Positions 11,901-26,900 of a stretch of 54,136 nt of DNA are shown here, one piece after another. The DNA is taken from contig NW_021833822.1 in NCBI RefSeq assembly GCF_006345805.1, positions 1 to 54,136 on the forward strand. Reading direction: 5' to 3'. A program made the position numbers and the translations under genes. Source of the stretch: Octopus sinensis. Taxonomy: Eukaryota. The notes below the pieces were generated by a model. It made no database searches. It saw nothing but the letters and a program-made list of their open reading frames with translations, and was not told the DNA's origin. The number at the start of each line of letters is the position of its first letter. Position 1 is the stretch's first letter.

Positions 11901-14900
11901 AACTTTTTAGAAGGATTTCATTCCCAAAACGCATTATTGCTGGTAATGTATACAACATCTAGAACTCTACATTTGCCCGTGGCCTGTCTATGATCGTGTA
12001 ATCTACGCCGTTGAAAACCATATCTCTTAAGTATTTCATTAAAAAGCAAAGGAAAGGGACAACTTCTTCCTGAGCGGAAGCAACAGTGGGTTTTTGAGCA
12101 TTTATGCCTACCCTGATGCAGAATATAATGAGCTTCATCCCGTAGCCGGAGAGCAGTACCCTTAATTGTTACGATGCAACTTTTTAGAAGGATTTCATTC
12201 CCAAAACGCATTATTACTGGTAATGTATACAACATCTATAATTCTGCATTTGCCCGTGGCCTGTCTATGATCGTGTAATCTACGCCGTTGAAAACACATA
12301 TCTCTTAAGTATTTCATTAAAAAGCAAAGGAAGGGACAACTTCTTCGTGAGCGGAAGCAACAGTGGGTTTTTGAGCATTTATGCCTACCCTGATGCAGAA
12401 TATAATGAGCTTCATCCCGTAGCCGGAGAGCAGTACCCTTAATTGTTACGATGCAACTTTTTAGAAGGATTTCATTCCCAAAACGCATTATTACTGGTAA
12501 TGTATACAACATCTATAATTCTGCATTTGCCCGTGGCCTGTCTATGATCGTGTAATCTACGCCGTTGAAAACACATATCTCTTAAGTATTTCAATAAAAA
12601 GCAAAGGAATGGGACAACTCCTTCCTGAGCGGAAGCAACAGTGGGTTTTAGAGCATTTATGCCTACCCTGATGCAGAATATAATGAGCTTCATTCCGTGG
12701 CCGGAGAGCAGTACCCTTAATTGTTACAATGCAACTTTTTAGAAGGATTTCATTCCCAAAACGCATTATTACTGGTAATGTATACAACATCTATAATTCT
12801 GCATTTGCCCTGGCCTGTCTAAGATCGGGTAATCTACGCCGTTGAAAACACATATCTCTTAAGTATTTCATTAAAAAGCAAAGGAATGGGACAACTCCTT
12901 CCTGAGCGGAAGCAACAGTGGGTTTTAGAGCATTTATGCCTACCCTGATGCAGAATATAATGAGCTTCATTCCGTGGCCGGAGAGCAGTACCCTTAATTG
13001 TTACGATGCAACTCTTTAGAAGGATTTCATTCCAAAACGCATTATTACTGGTAATGTATACAACATCTATAATTCTGCATTTGCCCGTGGCCTGTCTATG
13101 ATCGGGTAATCTACGCCGTTGAAAACACATATCCCTTAAGTATTTCATTAAAAAGCAAAGGAAAGGGACAACTTCTTCTGAGCAGAGGCAACAGTGGGTT
13201 TTAGAGCATTTATGCCTACCCTGATGCAGAATATAATGAGCTTCATTCCGTGGCCGGAGAGCAGTACCCTTAATTGTTACGATGCAACTCTTTAGAAGGA
13301 TTTCATTCCCAAAACGCATTATTACTGGTAATGTATACAACATCTATAATTCTGCATTTGCCCGTGGCCTGTCTATGATCGGGTAATCTACGCCGTTGAA
13401 AACACATATCTCTTAAGTATTTCATTAAAAAGCAAAGGAATGGGACAACTCCTTCCTGAGCGGAAGCAACAGTGGGTTTTAGAGCATTTATGCCTACCCT
13501 GATGCAGAATATAATGAGCTTCATTCCGTGTCCGGAGAGCAGTACCCTTAATTGTTACATGCAACTTTTTAGAAGGATTTCATTAACAAAACGCATTATT
13601 ACTGGTAATGTATACAACATCTATAATTCTGCATTTGCCCGTGGCCTGTCTATGATCGGGTAATCTACGCCGTTGAAAACACATATCTCTTAAGTATTTC
13701 ATTAAAAAGCAAAGGAAAGGGACAACTTCTTCCTGAGCGGAAGCAACAGTGGGTTTTTGAGCATTTATGCCTACCCTGATGCAGAATATAATGAGCTTCA
13801 TTCCGTGGCCGGAGAGCAGTACCCTTAATTGTTACGATGCAACTTTTTAGAAGGATTTCATTCCCAAAACGCATTATTACTGGTAATGTATACAACATCT
13901 ATAATTCTGCATTTGCCCGTGGCCTGTCTATGATTGTGTAATCTACGCCGTTGAAACACATATCTCTTAAGTATTTCATTAAAAAGCAAAGGAATGGGAC
14001 AACTCCTTCCTGAGCGGAAGCAACAGTGGGTTTTAGAGCATTTATGCCTACCCTGATGCAGAATATAATGAGCTTCATTCCGTGGCCGGAGAGCAGTACC
14101 CTTAATTGTTACAATGCAACTTTTTAGAAGGATTTCATTCCCAAAACGCATTATTACTGGTAATGTATACAACATCTATAATTCTGCATTTGCCCATGGC
14201 CTGTCTAAGATCGGGTAATCTACGCCGTTGAAAACACATATCTCTTAAGTATTTCATTAAAAAGCAAAGGAAAGGGACAACTTCTTCGTGAGCGGAAGCA
14301 ACAGTGGGTTTTTGAGCATTTATGCCTACCCTGATGCAGAATATAATGAGCTTCATTCCGTGGCCGGAGAGCAGTACCCTTAATTGTTACGATGCAACTC
14401 TTTAGAAGGATTTCATTCCCAAAACGCATTATTACTGGTAATGTATACAACATCTATAATTCTGCATTTGCCCGTGGCCTGTCTATGATCGGGTAATCTA
14501 CGCCGTTGAAAACACATATCTCTTAAGTATTTCATTAAAAAGCAAAGGAATGGGACAACTCCTTCCTGAGCGGAAGCAACAGTGGGTTTTAGAGCATTTA
14601 TGCCTACCCTGATGCAGAATATAATGAGCTTCATACCGTGGCCGGAGAGCAGTACCCTTAATTGTTACGATGCAACTTTTTAGAAGGATTTCATTCCCAA
14701 AACGCATTATTACTGGTAATGTATACAACATCTATAATTCTGCATTTGCCCGTGGCCTGTCTATGATCGGGTAATCTACGCCGTTGAAAACACATATCTC
14801 TTAAGTATTTCATTAAAAAGCAAAGGAATGGGACAACTCCTTCCTGAGCGGAAGCAACAGTGGGTTTTTGAGCATTTATGCCTACCCTGATGCAGAATAT

Positions 14901-17900
14901 AATGAGCTTCATTCCGTGGCCGGAGAGCAGTACCCTTAATTGTTACAATGCAACTTTTAGAAGGATTTCATTCCCAAAACGCATTATTACTGGTAATGTA
15001 TACAACATCTATAATTCTGCATTTGCCCGTGGCCTGTCTAGATCGGGTAATCTACGCCGTTGAAAACACATATCTCTTAAGTATTTCATTAAAAAGCAAA
15101 GGAAAGGGACAACTTCTTCGTGAGCGGAAGCAACAGTGGGTTTTTGAGCATTTATGCCTACCCTGATGCAGAATATAATGAGCTTCATTCCGTGGCCGGA
15201 GAGCAGTACCCTTAATTGTTACGATGCAACTTTTTAGAAGGATTTCATTCCCAAAACGCATTATTACTGGTAATGTATACAACATCTAATAATCTGCATT
15301 TGCCCGTGGCCTGTCTATGATCGGGTAATCTACGCCGTTGAAAACACATATCTCTTAAGTATTTCATTAAAAAGCAAAGGAAAGGGACAACTTCTTCCTG
15401 AGCGGAAGCAACAGTGGGTTTTTGAGCATTTATGCCTACCCTGATGCAGAATATAATGAGCTTCATTCCGTGGCCGGAGAGCAGTACCCTTAATTGTTAC
15501 GATGCAACTTTTTAGAAGGATTTCATTCCCAAACGCATTATTGCTGGTAATGTATACAACATCTATAATTCTGCATTTGCCCGTGGCCTGTCTATGATCG
15601 GGTAATCTACGCCGTTGAAAACACATATCTCTTAAGTATTTCATTAAAAGCAAGGAAAGGGACAACTTCTTCCTGAGCGGAAGCAACAGTGGGTTTTTGA
15701 GCATTTATGCCTACCCTGATGCAGAATATAATGAGCTTCATCCCGTAGCCGGAGAGCAGTACCCTTAATTGTTACGATGCAACTTTTTAGAAGGATTTCA
15801 TTCCCAAACGCATTATTACTGGTAATGTATACAACATCTATAATTCTGCATTTGCCCGTGGCCTGTCTATGATCGGGTAATCTACGCCGTTGAAAACACA
15901 TATCTCTTAAGTATTTCATTAAAAAGCAAAGGAAAGGGACAACTTCTTCGTGAGCGGAAGCAACAGTGGGTTTTTGAGCATTTATGCCTACCCTGATGCA
16001 GAATATAATGAGCTTCATTCCGTGGCCGGAGGGCAGTACCCTTATTGTTACGATGCAACTTTTTAGAAGGATTTCATTCCCAAAACGCATTATTACTGGT
16101 AATGTATACAACATCTATAATTCTGCATTTGCCCGTGGCCTGTCTATGATCGGGTAATCTACGCCGTTGAAAACACATATCTCTTAAGTATTTCATTAAA
16201 AAGCAAAGGAATGGGACAACTCTTCCTGAGCGGAAGCAACAGTGGGTTTTAGAGCATTTATGCCTACCCTGATGCAGAATATAATGAGCTTCAATCCGTG
16301 GCCGGAGAGCAGTACCCTTAATTGTTACATGCAACTTTTTAGAAGGATTTCATTCCCAAAACGCATTATTGCTGGTAATGTATACAACATCTATAATTCT
16401 GCATTTGCCCGTGGCCTGTCTATGATCGGGTAATCTACGCCGTTGAAAAACATATCTCTTAAGTATTTCATTAAAGAGCAAAGGAAAGGGACAACTTCTT
16501 CCTGAGCGGAAGCAACAGTGGGTTTTTGAGCATTTATGCCTACCCTGATGCAGAATATAATGAGCTTCATCCCGTCGCCGGAGAGCAGTACCCTTAATTG
16601 TTACGATGCAACTTTTTAGAAGGATTTCATTCCCAAAACGCATTATTACTGGTAATGTATACAACATCTATAATTCTGCATTTGCCCGTGGCCTGTCTAT
16701 GATCGGGTAATCTACGCCGTTGAAAACACATATCTCTTAAGTATTTCATTAAAAAGCAAAGAAAGGGACAACTTCTTCGTGAGCGGAAGCAACAGTGGGT
16801 TTTTGAGCATTTATGCCTACCCTGATGCAGAATATAATGAGCTTCATTCCGTAGCCGGAGAGCAGTACCCTTAATTGTTACGATGCAACTTTTTAGAAGG
16901 ATTTCATTCCCAAAACGCATTATTACTGGTAATGTATGCAACATCTATAATTCTGCATTTGCCCGTGGCCTGTCTATGATCGGGTAATCTACGCCGTTGA
17001 AAACACATATCTCTTAAGTATTTCATTAAAAGCAAAGGAAAGGGACAACTTCTTCCTGAGCGGAAGCAACAGGGCGTTTTGAGCATTTATGCCTACCCTG
17101 ATGCAGAATATAATGAGCTTCATTCCGTGGCCGGAGAGTAGTACCCTTAATTGTTACGATGCAACTTTTTAGAAGGATTTCATTCCCAAAACGCATTATT
17201 GCTGGTAATGTATACAACATCTATAATTCTGCATTTGCCCGTGGCCTGTCTATGATCGGGTAATCTACGCGCGTTGAAAACACATATCTCTTAAGTATTT
17301 CATTAAAAAGCAAAGGAAAGGGACAACTTCTTCGTGAGCGGAAGCAACAGTGGGTTTTTGAGCATTTATGCCTACCCTGATGCAGAATATAATGAGCTTC
17401 ATCCCGTAGCCGGAGAGCAGTACCCTTAATTGTTACGATGCAACTTTTTAGAAGGATTTCATTCCCAAAACGCATTATTACTGGTAATGTATACAACATC
17501 TATAATTCTGCATTTGCCCGTGGCCTGTCTATGATCGTGTAATCTACGCCGTTGAAAACACATATCACTTAAGTATTTCATTAAAAAGCAAAGGAAAGGG
17601 ACAACTTCTTCCTGAGCGGAAGCAACAGTGGGTTTTTGAGCATTTATGCCTACCCTGATGCAGAATATAACGAGCTTCAATCCGTGGCCGGAGGGCAGTA
17701 CCCTTAATTGTTACGATGCAACTTTTTAGAAGGATTTCATTCCCAAACGCATTATTACTGGTAATGTATACAACATCTATAATTCTGCATTTGCCCGTGG
17801 CCTGTCTATGATGGGTAATCTATCTACGCCGTGAAAACACATATCTCTTAAGTATTTCATTAAAAAGCAAAGGAATGGGACAACTCCTTCCTGAGCGGAA

Positions 17901-20900
17901 GCAACAGTGGGTTTTAGAGCATTTATGCCTACCCTGATGCAGAATATAATGAGCTTCATCCGTGGCGGAGAGCAGTACCCTTAATTGTTACAATGCAACT
18001 TTTAGAAGGATTTCATTCCCAAAACGCATTATGCTGGTAATGTATACAACATCTATAATTCTGCATTTGCCCGTGGCCTGTCTATGATCGGGTAATCTAC
18101 GCCGTTGAAAACACATATCTCTTAAGTATTTCATTAAAAGCAAAGGAATGGGACAACTCCTTCCTGAGCGGAAGCAACAGTGGGTTTTAGAGCATTTATG
18201 CCTACCCTGATGCAGAATATAATGAGCTTCAATCCGTGACCGGAGAGCAGTACCCTTAATTGTTACAATGCAACTTTTTAGAAGGATTTCATTCCCAAAA
18301 CGCATTATTGCTGGTAATGTATACAACATCTATAATTCTGCATTTGCCCGTGGCCTGTCTATGATCGGGTAATCTACGCCGTTGAAAACACATATCTCTT
18401 AAGTATTTCATTAAAGAGCAAAGGAAAGGGACAACTTCTTCCTGAGCGGAAGCAACAGTGGGTTTTTGAGCATTTATGCCTACCCTGATGCAGAATATAA
18501 TGAGCTTCATCCCGTCGCCGGAGAGCAGTACCCTTAATTGTTACGATGCAACTTTTAGAAGGATTTCATTCCCAAAACGCATTATTACTGGTAATGTATA
18601 CAACATCTATAATTCTGCATTTGCCCGTGGCCTGTCTATGATCGGGTAATCTACGCCGTTGAAAACACATATCTCTTAAGTATTTCATTAAAAAGCAAAG
18701 GAAAGGGACAACTTCTTCGTGAGCGGAAGCAACAGTGGGTTTTTGAGCATTTATGCCTACCCTGATGCAGAATATAATGAGCTTCATCCCGTAGCCGGAG
18801 CAGTACCCTTAATTGTTACGATGCAACTTTTTAGAAGGATTTCATTCCAAAACGCATTATTACTGGTAATGTATGCAACATCTATAATTCTGCATTTGCC
18901 CGTGGCCTGTCTATGATCGGGTAATCTACGCCGTTGAAACACATATCTCTTAAGTATTTCATTAAAAAGCAAAGGAAAGGGACAACTTCTTCCTGAGCGG
19001 AAGCAACAGTGCGTTTTTGAGCATTTATGCCTACCCTGATGCAGAATATAATGAGCTTCATTCCGTGGCCGGAGAGCAGTACCCTTAATTGTTACGATGC
19101 AACTTTTTAGAAGGATTTCATTCCCAAAACGCATTATTGCTGGTAATGTATACACATCTATAATTCTGCATTTGCCCGTGGCTGTCTATGATCGGGTAAT
19201 CTACGCCGTTGAAAACACATATCTCTTAAGTATTTCATTAAAAGCAAAGGAAAGGGACAACTTCTTCGTGAGCGGAAGCAACAGTGGGTTTTTGAGCATT
19301 TATGCCTACCCTGATGCAGAATAATGAGCTTCATCCCGTAGCCGGAGAGCAGTACCCTTAATTGTTACGATGCAACTTTTTAGAAGGATTTCATTCCCAA
19401 AACGCATTATTACTGGTAATGTATACAACATCTATAATTCTGCATTTGCCCGTGGCCTGTCTATGATCGTGTAATCTACGCCGTTGAAAACACATATCAC
19501 TTAAGTATTTCATTAAAAAGCAAAGGAAAGGGACAACTTCTTCCTGAGCGGAAGCAACAGTGGGTTTTTGAGCATTTGCCTACCCTGATGCAGAATATAA
19601 TGAGCTTCAATCCGTGGCCGGAGGCAGTACCCTTAATTGTTACGATGCAACTTTTAGAAGGATTTCATTCCCAAACGCATTATTACTGGTAATGTATACA
19701 ACATCTATAATTCTGCATTTGCCCGTGGCCTGTCTATGATCGGGTAATCTACGCCGTTGAAAACACATATCTCTTAAGTATTTCATTAAAAAGCAAAGGA
19801 ATGGGACAACTCCTTCCTGAGCGGAAGCAACAGTGGGTTTTAGAGCATTTATGCCTACCCTGATGCAGAATATAATGAGCTTCAATCCGTGGCGGAGAGC
19901 AGTACCCTTAATTGTTACAATGCAACTTTTTAGAAGGATTTCATTCCCAAAACGCATTATTACTGGTAATGTATACAACATCTATAATTCTGCATTTGCC
20001 CGTGGCCTGTCTATGATCGGGTAATCTACGCCGTTGAAAACACATATCTCTTAAGTATTTCATTAAAGAGCAAAGGAAAGGGACAACTTCTTCCTGAGCG
20101 GAAGCAACAGTGGGTTTTTGAGCATTTATGCCTACCCTGATGCAGAATATAATGAGCTTCATCCGTAGCCGGATAGCAGTACCCTTAATTGTTACGATGC
20201 AACTTTTTAGAAGGATTTCATTCCCAAAACGCATTATTGCTGGTAATGTATACAACATCTATAATTCTGCATTTGCCCGTGGCCTGTCTATGATCGGGTA
20301 ATCTACGCGCCGTTGAAAACACATATCTCTTAAGTATTTCATTAAAAAGCAAAGGAAAGGGACAACTTCTTCGTGAGCGGAAGCAACAGTGGTTTTTGAG
20401 CATTTATGCCTACCCTGATGCAGAATATAATGAGCTTCATCCCGTAGCCGGAGAGCAGTACCCTTAATTGTTACGATGCAACTTTTTAGAAGGATTTCAT
20501 TCCCAAAACGCATTATTACTGGTAATGTATACAACATCTATAATTCTGCATTTGCCCGTGGCCTGTCTATGATCGGGTAATCTACGCCGTTGAAAACACA
20601 TATCTCTTAAGTATTTCATTAAAATGCAAAGGAAAGGGACAACTTCTTCCTGAGCGGAGCAACAGTGCGTTTTTGAGCATTTATGCCTACCCTGATGCAG
20701 AATATAATGAGCTTCATCCCGTAGCCGGAGAGCAGTACCCTTAATTGTTACGATGCAACTTTTTAGAAGGATTTCATTCCCAAAACGCATTATTACTGGT
20801 AATGTATACAACATCTATAATTCTGCATTTGCCCGTGGCCTGTCTATGATCGTGTAATCTACGCCGTTGAAAACACATATCTCTTAAGTATTTCATTAAA

Positions 20901-23900
20901 AAGCAAAGGAAGGACGACACTTCTTCCTGAGCGGAAGCAACAGTGGGTTTTTGAGCATTTATGCCTACCCTGATGCAGAATATAATGAGCTTCAATCCGT
21001 GCCGGAGGCAGGACCCTTAATTGTTACGATGCAACTTTTTAGAAGGATTTCATTCCCAAAACGCATTATTACTGGTAATGTATACAACATCTATAATTCT
21101 GCATTTGCCCGTGGCCTGTCTATGACCGGGTAATCTACGCCGTTGAAAACACATATCTCTTAAGTATTTCATTAAAAAGCAAAAAAAAGGGACAACTTCC
21201 TCCTGAGCAGAGGCAACAGTGGGCTTTTGAGCATTTATGCCTACCCTGATGCAGAATATAATGAACTTCATTCCGTGGCCGGAGAGCAGTACCCTTAATT
21301 GTTACGATGCAACTCTTTAGAAGGATTTCATTCCCAAAACGCATTATTACTGGTAAGTATACAACATCTATAATTCTGCATTTGCCCGTGGCCTGTCTAT
21401 GATCGGGTAATCTACGCCGTTGAAAACACATATCTCTTAAGTATTTCATTAAAAAGCAAAGGAATGGGACAACTCCTTCCTGAGCGGAAGCAACAGTGGG
21501 TTTTAGAGCATTTATGCCTACCCTGATGCAGAATATAATGAGCTTCATTCCGTGTCCGGAGAGCAGTACCCTTAATTGTTACAATGCAACTTTTTAGAAG
21601 GATTTCATTCCCAAACGCATTATTACTGGTAATGTATACGACATCTATAATTCTGCATTTGCCCGTGGCCTGTCTATGATCGTGTAATCTACGCCGTTGA
21701 AAACACATATCACTTAAGTATTTCATTAAAAAGCAAAGGAAAGGGACAACTTCTTCCTGAGCGGAAGCAACAGTGGGTTTTTGAGCATTTATGCCTACCC
21801 TGATGCAGAATATAACGATCTTAAATCCGTGGCCGGAGGGCAGTACCCTTAATTGTTACGATGCAACTTTTTAGAAGGATTTCATTCCCCAAACGCATTA
21901 TTACTGGTAATGTATACAACATCTATAATTCTGCATTTGCCCGTGGCCTGTCTATGATCGGGTAATCTACGCCGTTGAAAACACATACCTCTTAAGTATT
22001 TCATTAAAAAGCAAAGGAAAGGGACAACTTCTTCGTGAGCGGAAGCAACAGTGGGTTTTTGAGCATTTATGCCTACCCTGATGCAGAATATAATGAGCTT
22101 CATCCGTAGCCGGAGAGCAGTACCCTTAATTGTTACGATGCAACTTTTTAGAAGGATTTCATTCCCAAAACGCATTATTACTGGTAATGTATACAACATC
22201 TATAATTCTGCATTTGCCCGTGGCCTGTCTATGATCGGGTAATCTACGCCGTTGAAAACACATATCTCTTAAGTATTTCATTAAAATGCAAAGGAAAGGG
22301 ACAACTTCTTCCTGAGCGGAAGCAACAGTGCGTTTTTGAGCATTTATGCCTACCCTGATGCAGAATATAATGAGCTTCATCCCGTAGCCGGAGAGCAGTA
22401 CCCTTAATTGTTACGATGCAACTTTTTAGAAGGATTTCATTCCCAAAACGCATTATTACTGGTAATGTATACAACATCTATAATTCTGCATTTGCCCGTG
22501 GCCTGTCTATGATCGTGTAATCTACGCCGTTGAAAACACATATCTCTTAAGTATTTCATTAAAAAGCAAAGGAAAGGGACAACTTCTTCCTGAGCGGAAG
22601 CAACAGTGGGTTTTTGAGCATTTATGCCTACACTGATGCAGAATATAATGAGCTTCAATCCGTGGCCGGAGGGCAGGACCCTTAATTGTTACGATGCAAC
22701 TTTTTAGAAGGATTTCATTCCCAAAACGCATTATTACTGGTAATGTATACAACATCTATAATTCTGCATTTGCCCGTGGCCTGTCTATGACCGGGTAATC
22801 TACGCCGTTGAAAACACATATCTCTTAAGTATTTCATTAAAAAGCAAAAAAAAGGGACAACTTCTTCCTGAGCAGAGGCAACAGTGGGCTTTTGAGCATT
22901 TATGCCTACCCTGATGCAGAATATAATGAGCTTCATTCCGTGGCCGGAGAGCAGTACCCTTAATTGTTACGATGCAACTCTTTAGAAGGATTTCATTCCC
23001 AAAACGCATTATTACTGGTAAGGTATACAACATCTATAATTCTGCATTTGCCTTGGCCTGTCTATGATCGGGTAATCTACGCCGTTGAAAACACATATCT
23101 CTTAAGTATTTCATTAAAAAGCAAAGGAATGGGACAACTCCTTCCTGAGCGGAAGCAACAGTGGGTTTTAGAGCATTTATGCCTACCCTGATGCAGAATA
23201 TATGAGCTTCATCCGTTCCGGAGAGCAGTACCCTTAATTGTTACAATGCAACTTTTTAGAAGGATTTCATTAACAACGCATTATTACTGGTAATGTATAC
23301 AACATCTATAATTCTGCATTTGCCCGTGGCCTGTCTAATCGGGTAATCTACGCCGTTGAAAACACATATCTCTTAAGTATTTCATTAAAAAGCAAAGGAA
23401 AGGACAACTTCTTCCTGAGCGGAAGCAACAGTGGGTTTTTGAGCATTTATGCCTACCCTGATGCAGAATAATGAGCTTCATTCCGTGCCGAGAGCAGTAC
23501 CCTTAATTGTTACGATGCAACTTTTTAGAAGGATTTCATTCCCAAAACGCATTATTGCTTGTAATGTATACAACATCTATAATTCTGCATTTGCCCGTGG
23601 CCTGTCTATGATCGGTAATCTACGCCGTTGAAAACACATATCTCTTAAGTATTTCATTAAAAAGCAAAGGAAAGGGACAACTTCTTCCTGAGCGGAAGCA
23701 ACAGTGGGTTTTTGAGCATTTATGCCTACCCTGATGCAGAATATAATGAGCTTCATCCCGTAGCCGGAGAGCAGTACCCTTAATTGTTACGATGCAACTT
23801 TTTAAGGATTTCATTCCCAAAACGCATTATTACTGGTAATGTATACAACATCTATAATTCTGCATTTGCCCGTGGCCTGTCTATGATCGTGTAATCTACG

Positions 23901-26900
23901 CCGTTGAAAACACATATCTCTTAAGTATTTCATTAAAAAGCAAAGGAAAGGGACAACTTCTTCGTGAGCGGAAGCAACAGTGGGTTTTTGAGCATTTATG
24001 CCTACCCTGATGCAGAATATAATGAGCTTCATCCCGTAGCCGGAGAGCAGTACCCTTAATTGTTACGATGCAACTTTTTAGAAGGATTTCATTCCCAAAA
24101 CGCATTATTACTGGTAATGTATACAACATCTATAATTCTGCATTTGCGCCGTGGCCTGTCTATGATCGTGTAATCTACGCCGTTGAAAACACATATCTCT
24201 TAAGTATTTCATTAAAAAGCAAAGGAAAGGGACAACTTCTTCCTGAGCAGAGGCAATAGTGGGATTTTGAGCATTTATGCCTACCCTGATGCAGAATATA
24301 ATGAGCTTCATTCCGTGGCCGGGAGCAGTACCCTTTATTGTTACGATGCAACTCTTTAGAAGGATTTCATTCCCAAAACGCATTATTACTGGTAATGTAT
24401 ACAACATCTATAATTCTGCATTTGCCCGTGGCCTGTCTATGATCGGGTAATCTACGCCGTTGAAAACACATATCTCTTAAGTATTTCATTAAAAAGCAAA
24501 GGAATGGACAACTCCTTCCTGAGCGGAAGCAACAGTGGGTTTTAGAGCATTTATGCCTACCCTGATGCAGAATATAATGAGCTTCATTCCGTGGCCGGAG
24601 AGCAGTACCCTTAATTGTTACGATGCAACTTTTTAGAAGGATTTCATTCCAAAACGCATTATTACTGGTAATGTATACAACATCTATAATTCTGCATTTG
24701 CCCGTGGCCTGTCTATGATCGGGTAATCTACGCCGTTGAAAACACATATCTCTTAAGTATTTCATTAAAAAGCAAAGGAAGGGACAACTCCTTCCTGAGC
24801 GGAAGCAACAGTGGGTTTTAGAGCATTTATGCCTACCCTGATGCAGAATATAATGAGCTTCATTCCGTGGCCGGAGAGCAGTACCCTTAATTGTTACAAT
24901 GCAACTTCTAGAAGGATTTCATTCCCAAAACGCATTATTACTGGTAATGTATACAACATCTATAATTCTGCATTTGCCCGGCCTGTCTAAGATCGGGTAA
25001 TCTACGCCGTTGAAACACATATCTCTTAAGTATTTCATTAAAAAGCAAAGGAAAGGGACAACTTCTTCCTGAGCGGAAGCAACATGGGTTTTTTGAGCAT
25101 TTATGCCTACCCTGATGCAGAATATAATGAGCTTCATTCCGTGGCCGGAGAGCAGTACCCTAATTGTTACGATGCAACTTTTTGAAGGATTTCATTCCCA
25201 AACGCATTATTACTGGTAATGTATACAACATATATAATTCTGTCTGCATTTGCCCGTGGCCTGTCTATGATCGGGTAATCTACGCCGTTGAAAACACATA
25301 TCTCTTAAGTATTTCATTAAAAAGCAAAGGAAAGGACAACATCTTCCTGAGCGGAAGCAACAGTGGGTTTTTGAGCATTTATGCCTACCCTGATGCAGAA
25401 TATAATGAGCTTCATTCTGTGGCCGGAGAGCAGTACCCTTAATTGTTACGATGCAACTTTTTAGAGGATTTCATTCCCAAAACGCATTATGCTGGTAATG
25501 TATACAACATCTATATTCTGCATTTGCCCGTGGCCTGTCTATGATCGGGTAATCTACGCCGTTGAAACACATATCTCTTAAGTATTTCATTAAAAAGCAA
25601 AGGAAAGGGACAACTTCTTCGTGAGCGGAAGCAACAGTGGGTTTTTGAGCATTTATGCCTACCCTGATGCAGAATATAATGAGCTTCATCCCGTAGCCGG
25701 AGAGCAGTACCCTTAATTGTTACGATGCAACTTTTTAGAAGGATTTCATTCCCAAAACGCATTATTACTGGTAATGTATACAACATCTATAATTCTGCAT
25801 TTGCGCGTGGCCTGTCTATGATCGTGTAATCTACGCCGTTGAAAACACATATCTCTTAAGTATTTCATTAAAAAGCAAAGGAAAGGGACAACTTCTTCCT
25901 GAGCAGAGGCAATAGTGGGATTTTGAGCATTTATGCCTACCCTGATGCAGAATATAATGAGCTTCATTCCGTGGCCGGAGAGCAGTACCCTTTATTGTTA
26001 CGATGCAACTCTTTAGAAGGATTTCATTCCCAAAACGCATTATTACTGGTAATGTATACAACATCTATAATTCTGCATTTGCCCGTGGCCTGTCTATGAT
26101 CGGGTAATCTACGCCGTTGAAAACACATATCTCTTAAGTATTTCATTAAAAAGCAAAGGAATGGGACAACTCCTTCCTGAGCGGAAGCAACAGTGGGTTT
26201 TAGAGCATTTATGCCTACCCTGATGCAGAATATAATGAGCTTCATTCCGTGGCCGGAGAGCAGTACCCTTAATGTTACGATGCAACTTTTTAGAAGGATT
26301 TCATTCCCAAAACGCATTATTACTGGTAATGTATACAACATCTATAATTCTGCATTTGCCCGTGGCCTGTCTATGATCGGGTAATCTACGCCGTTGAAAA
26401 CACATATCTCTTAAGTATTTCATTAAAAAGCAAAGGAATGGGACAACTCCTTCCTGAGCGGAAGCAACAGTGGGTTTTAGAGCATTTATGCCTACCCTGA
26501 TGCAGAATATAATGAGCTTCATTCCGTGGCCGGAGAGCAGTACCCTTAATTGTTACAATGCAACTTTCTAGAAGGATTTCATTCCCAAAACGCATTATTA
26601 CTGGTAATGTATACAACATCTATAATTCTGCATTTGCCCGTGGCCTGTCTAAGATCGGGTAATCTACGCCGTTGAAAACACATATCTCTTAAGTATTTCA
26701 TTAAAAAGCAAAGGAAAGGGACAACTTCTTCCTGAGCGGAAGCAACAGTGGGTTTTTGAGCATTTATGCCTACCCTGATGCAGAATATAATGAGCTTCAT
26801 TCCGTGGCCGGAGAGCAGTACCCTTAATTGTTACGATGCAACTTTTTAGAAGGATTTCATTCCCAAAACGCATTATTACTGGTAATGTATACAACATATA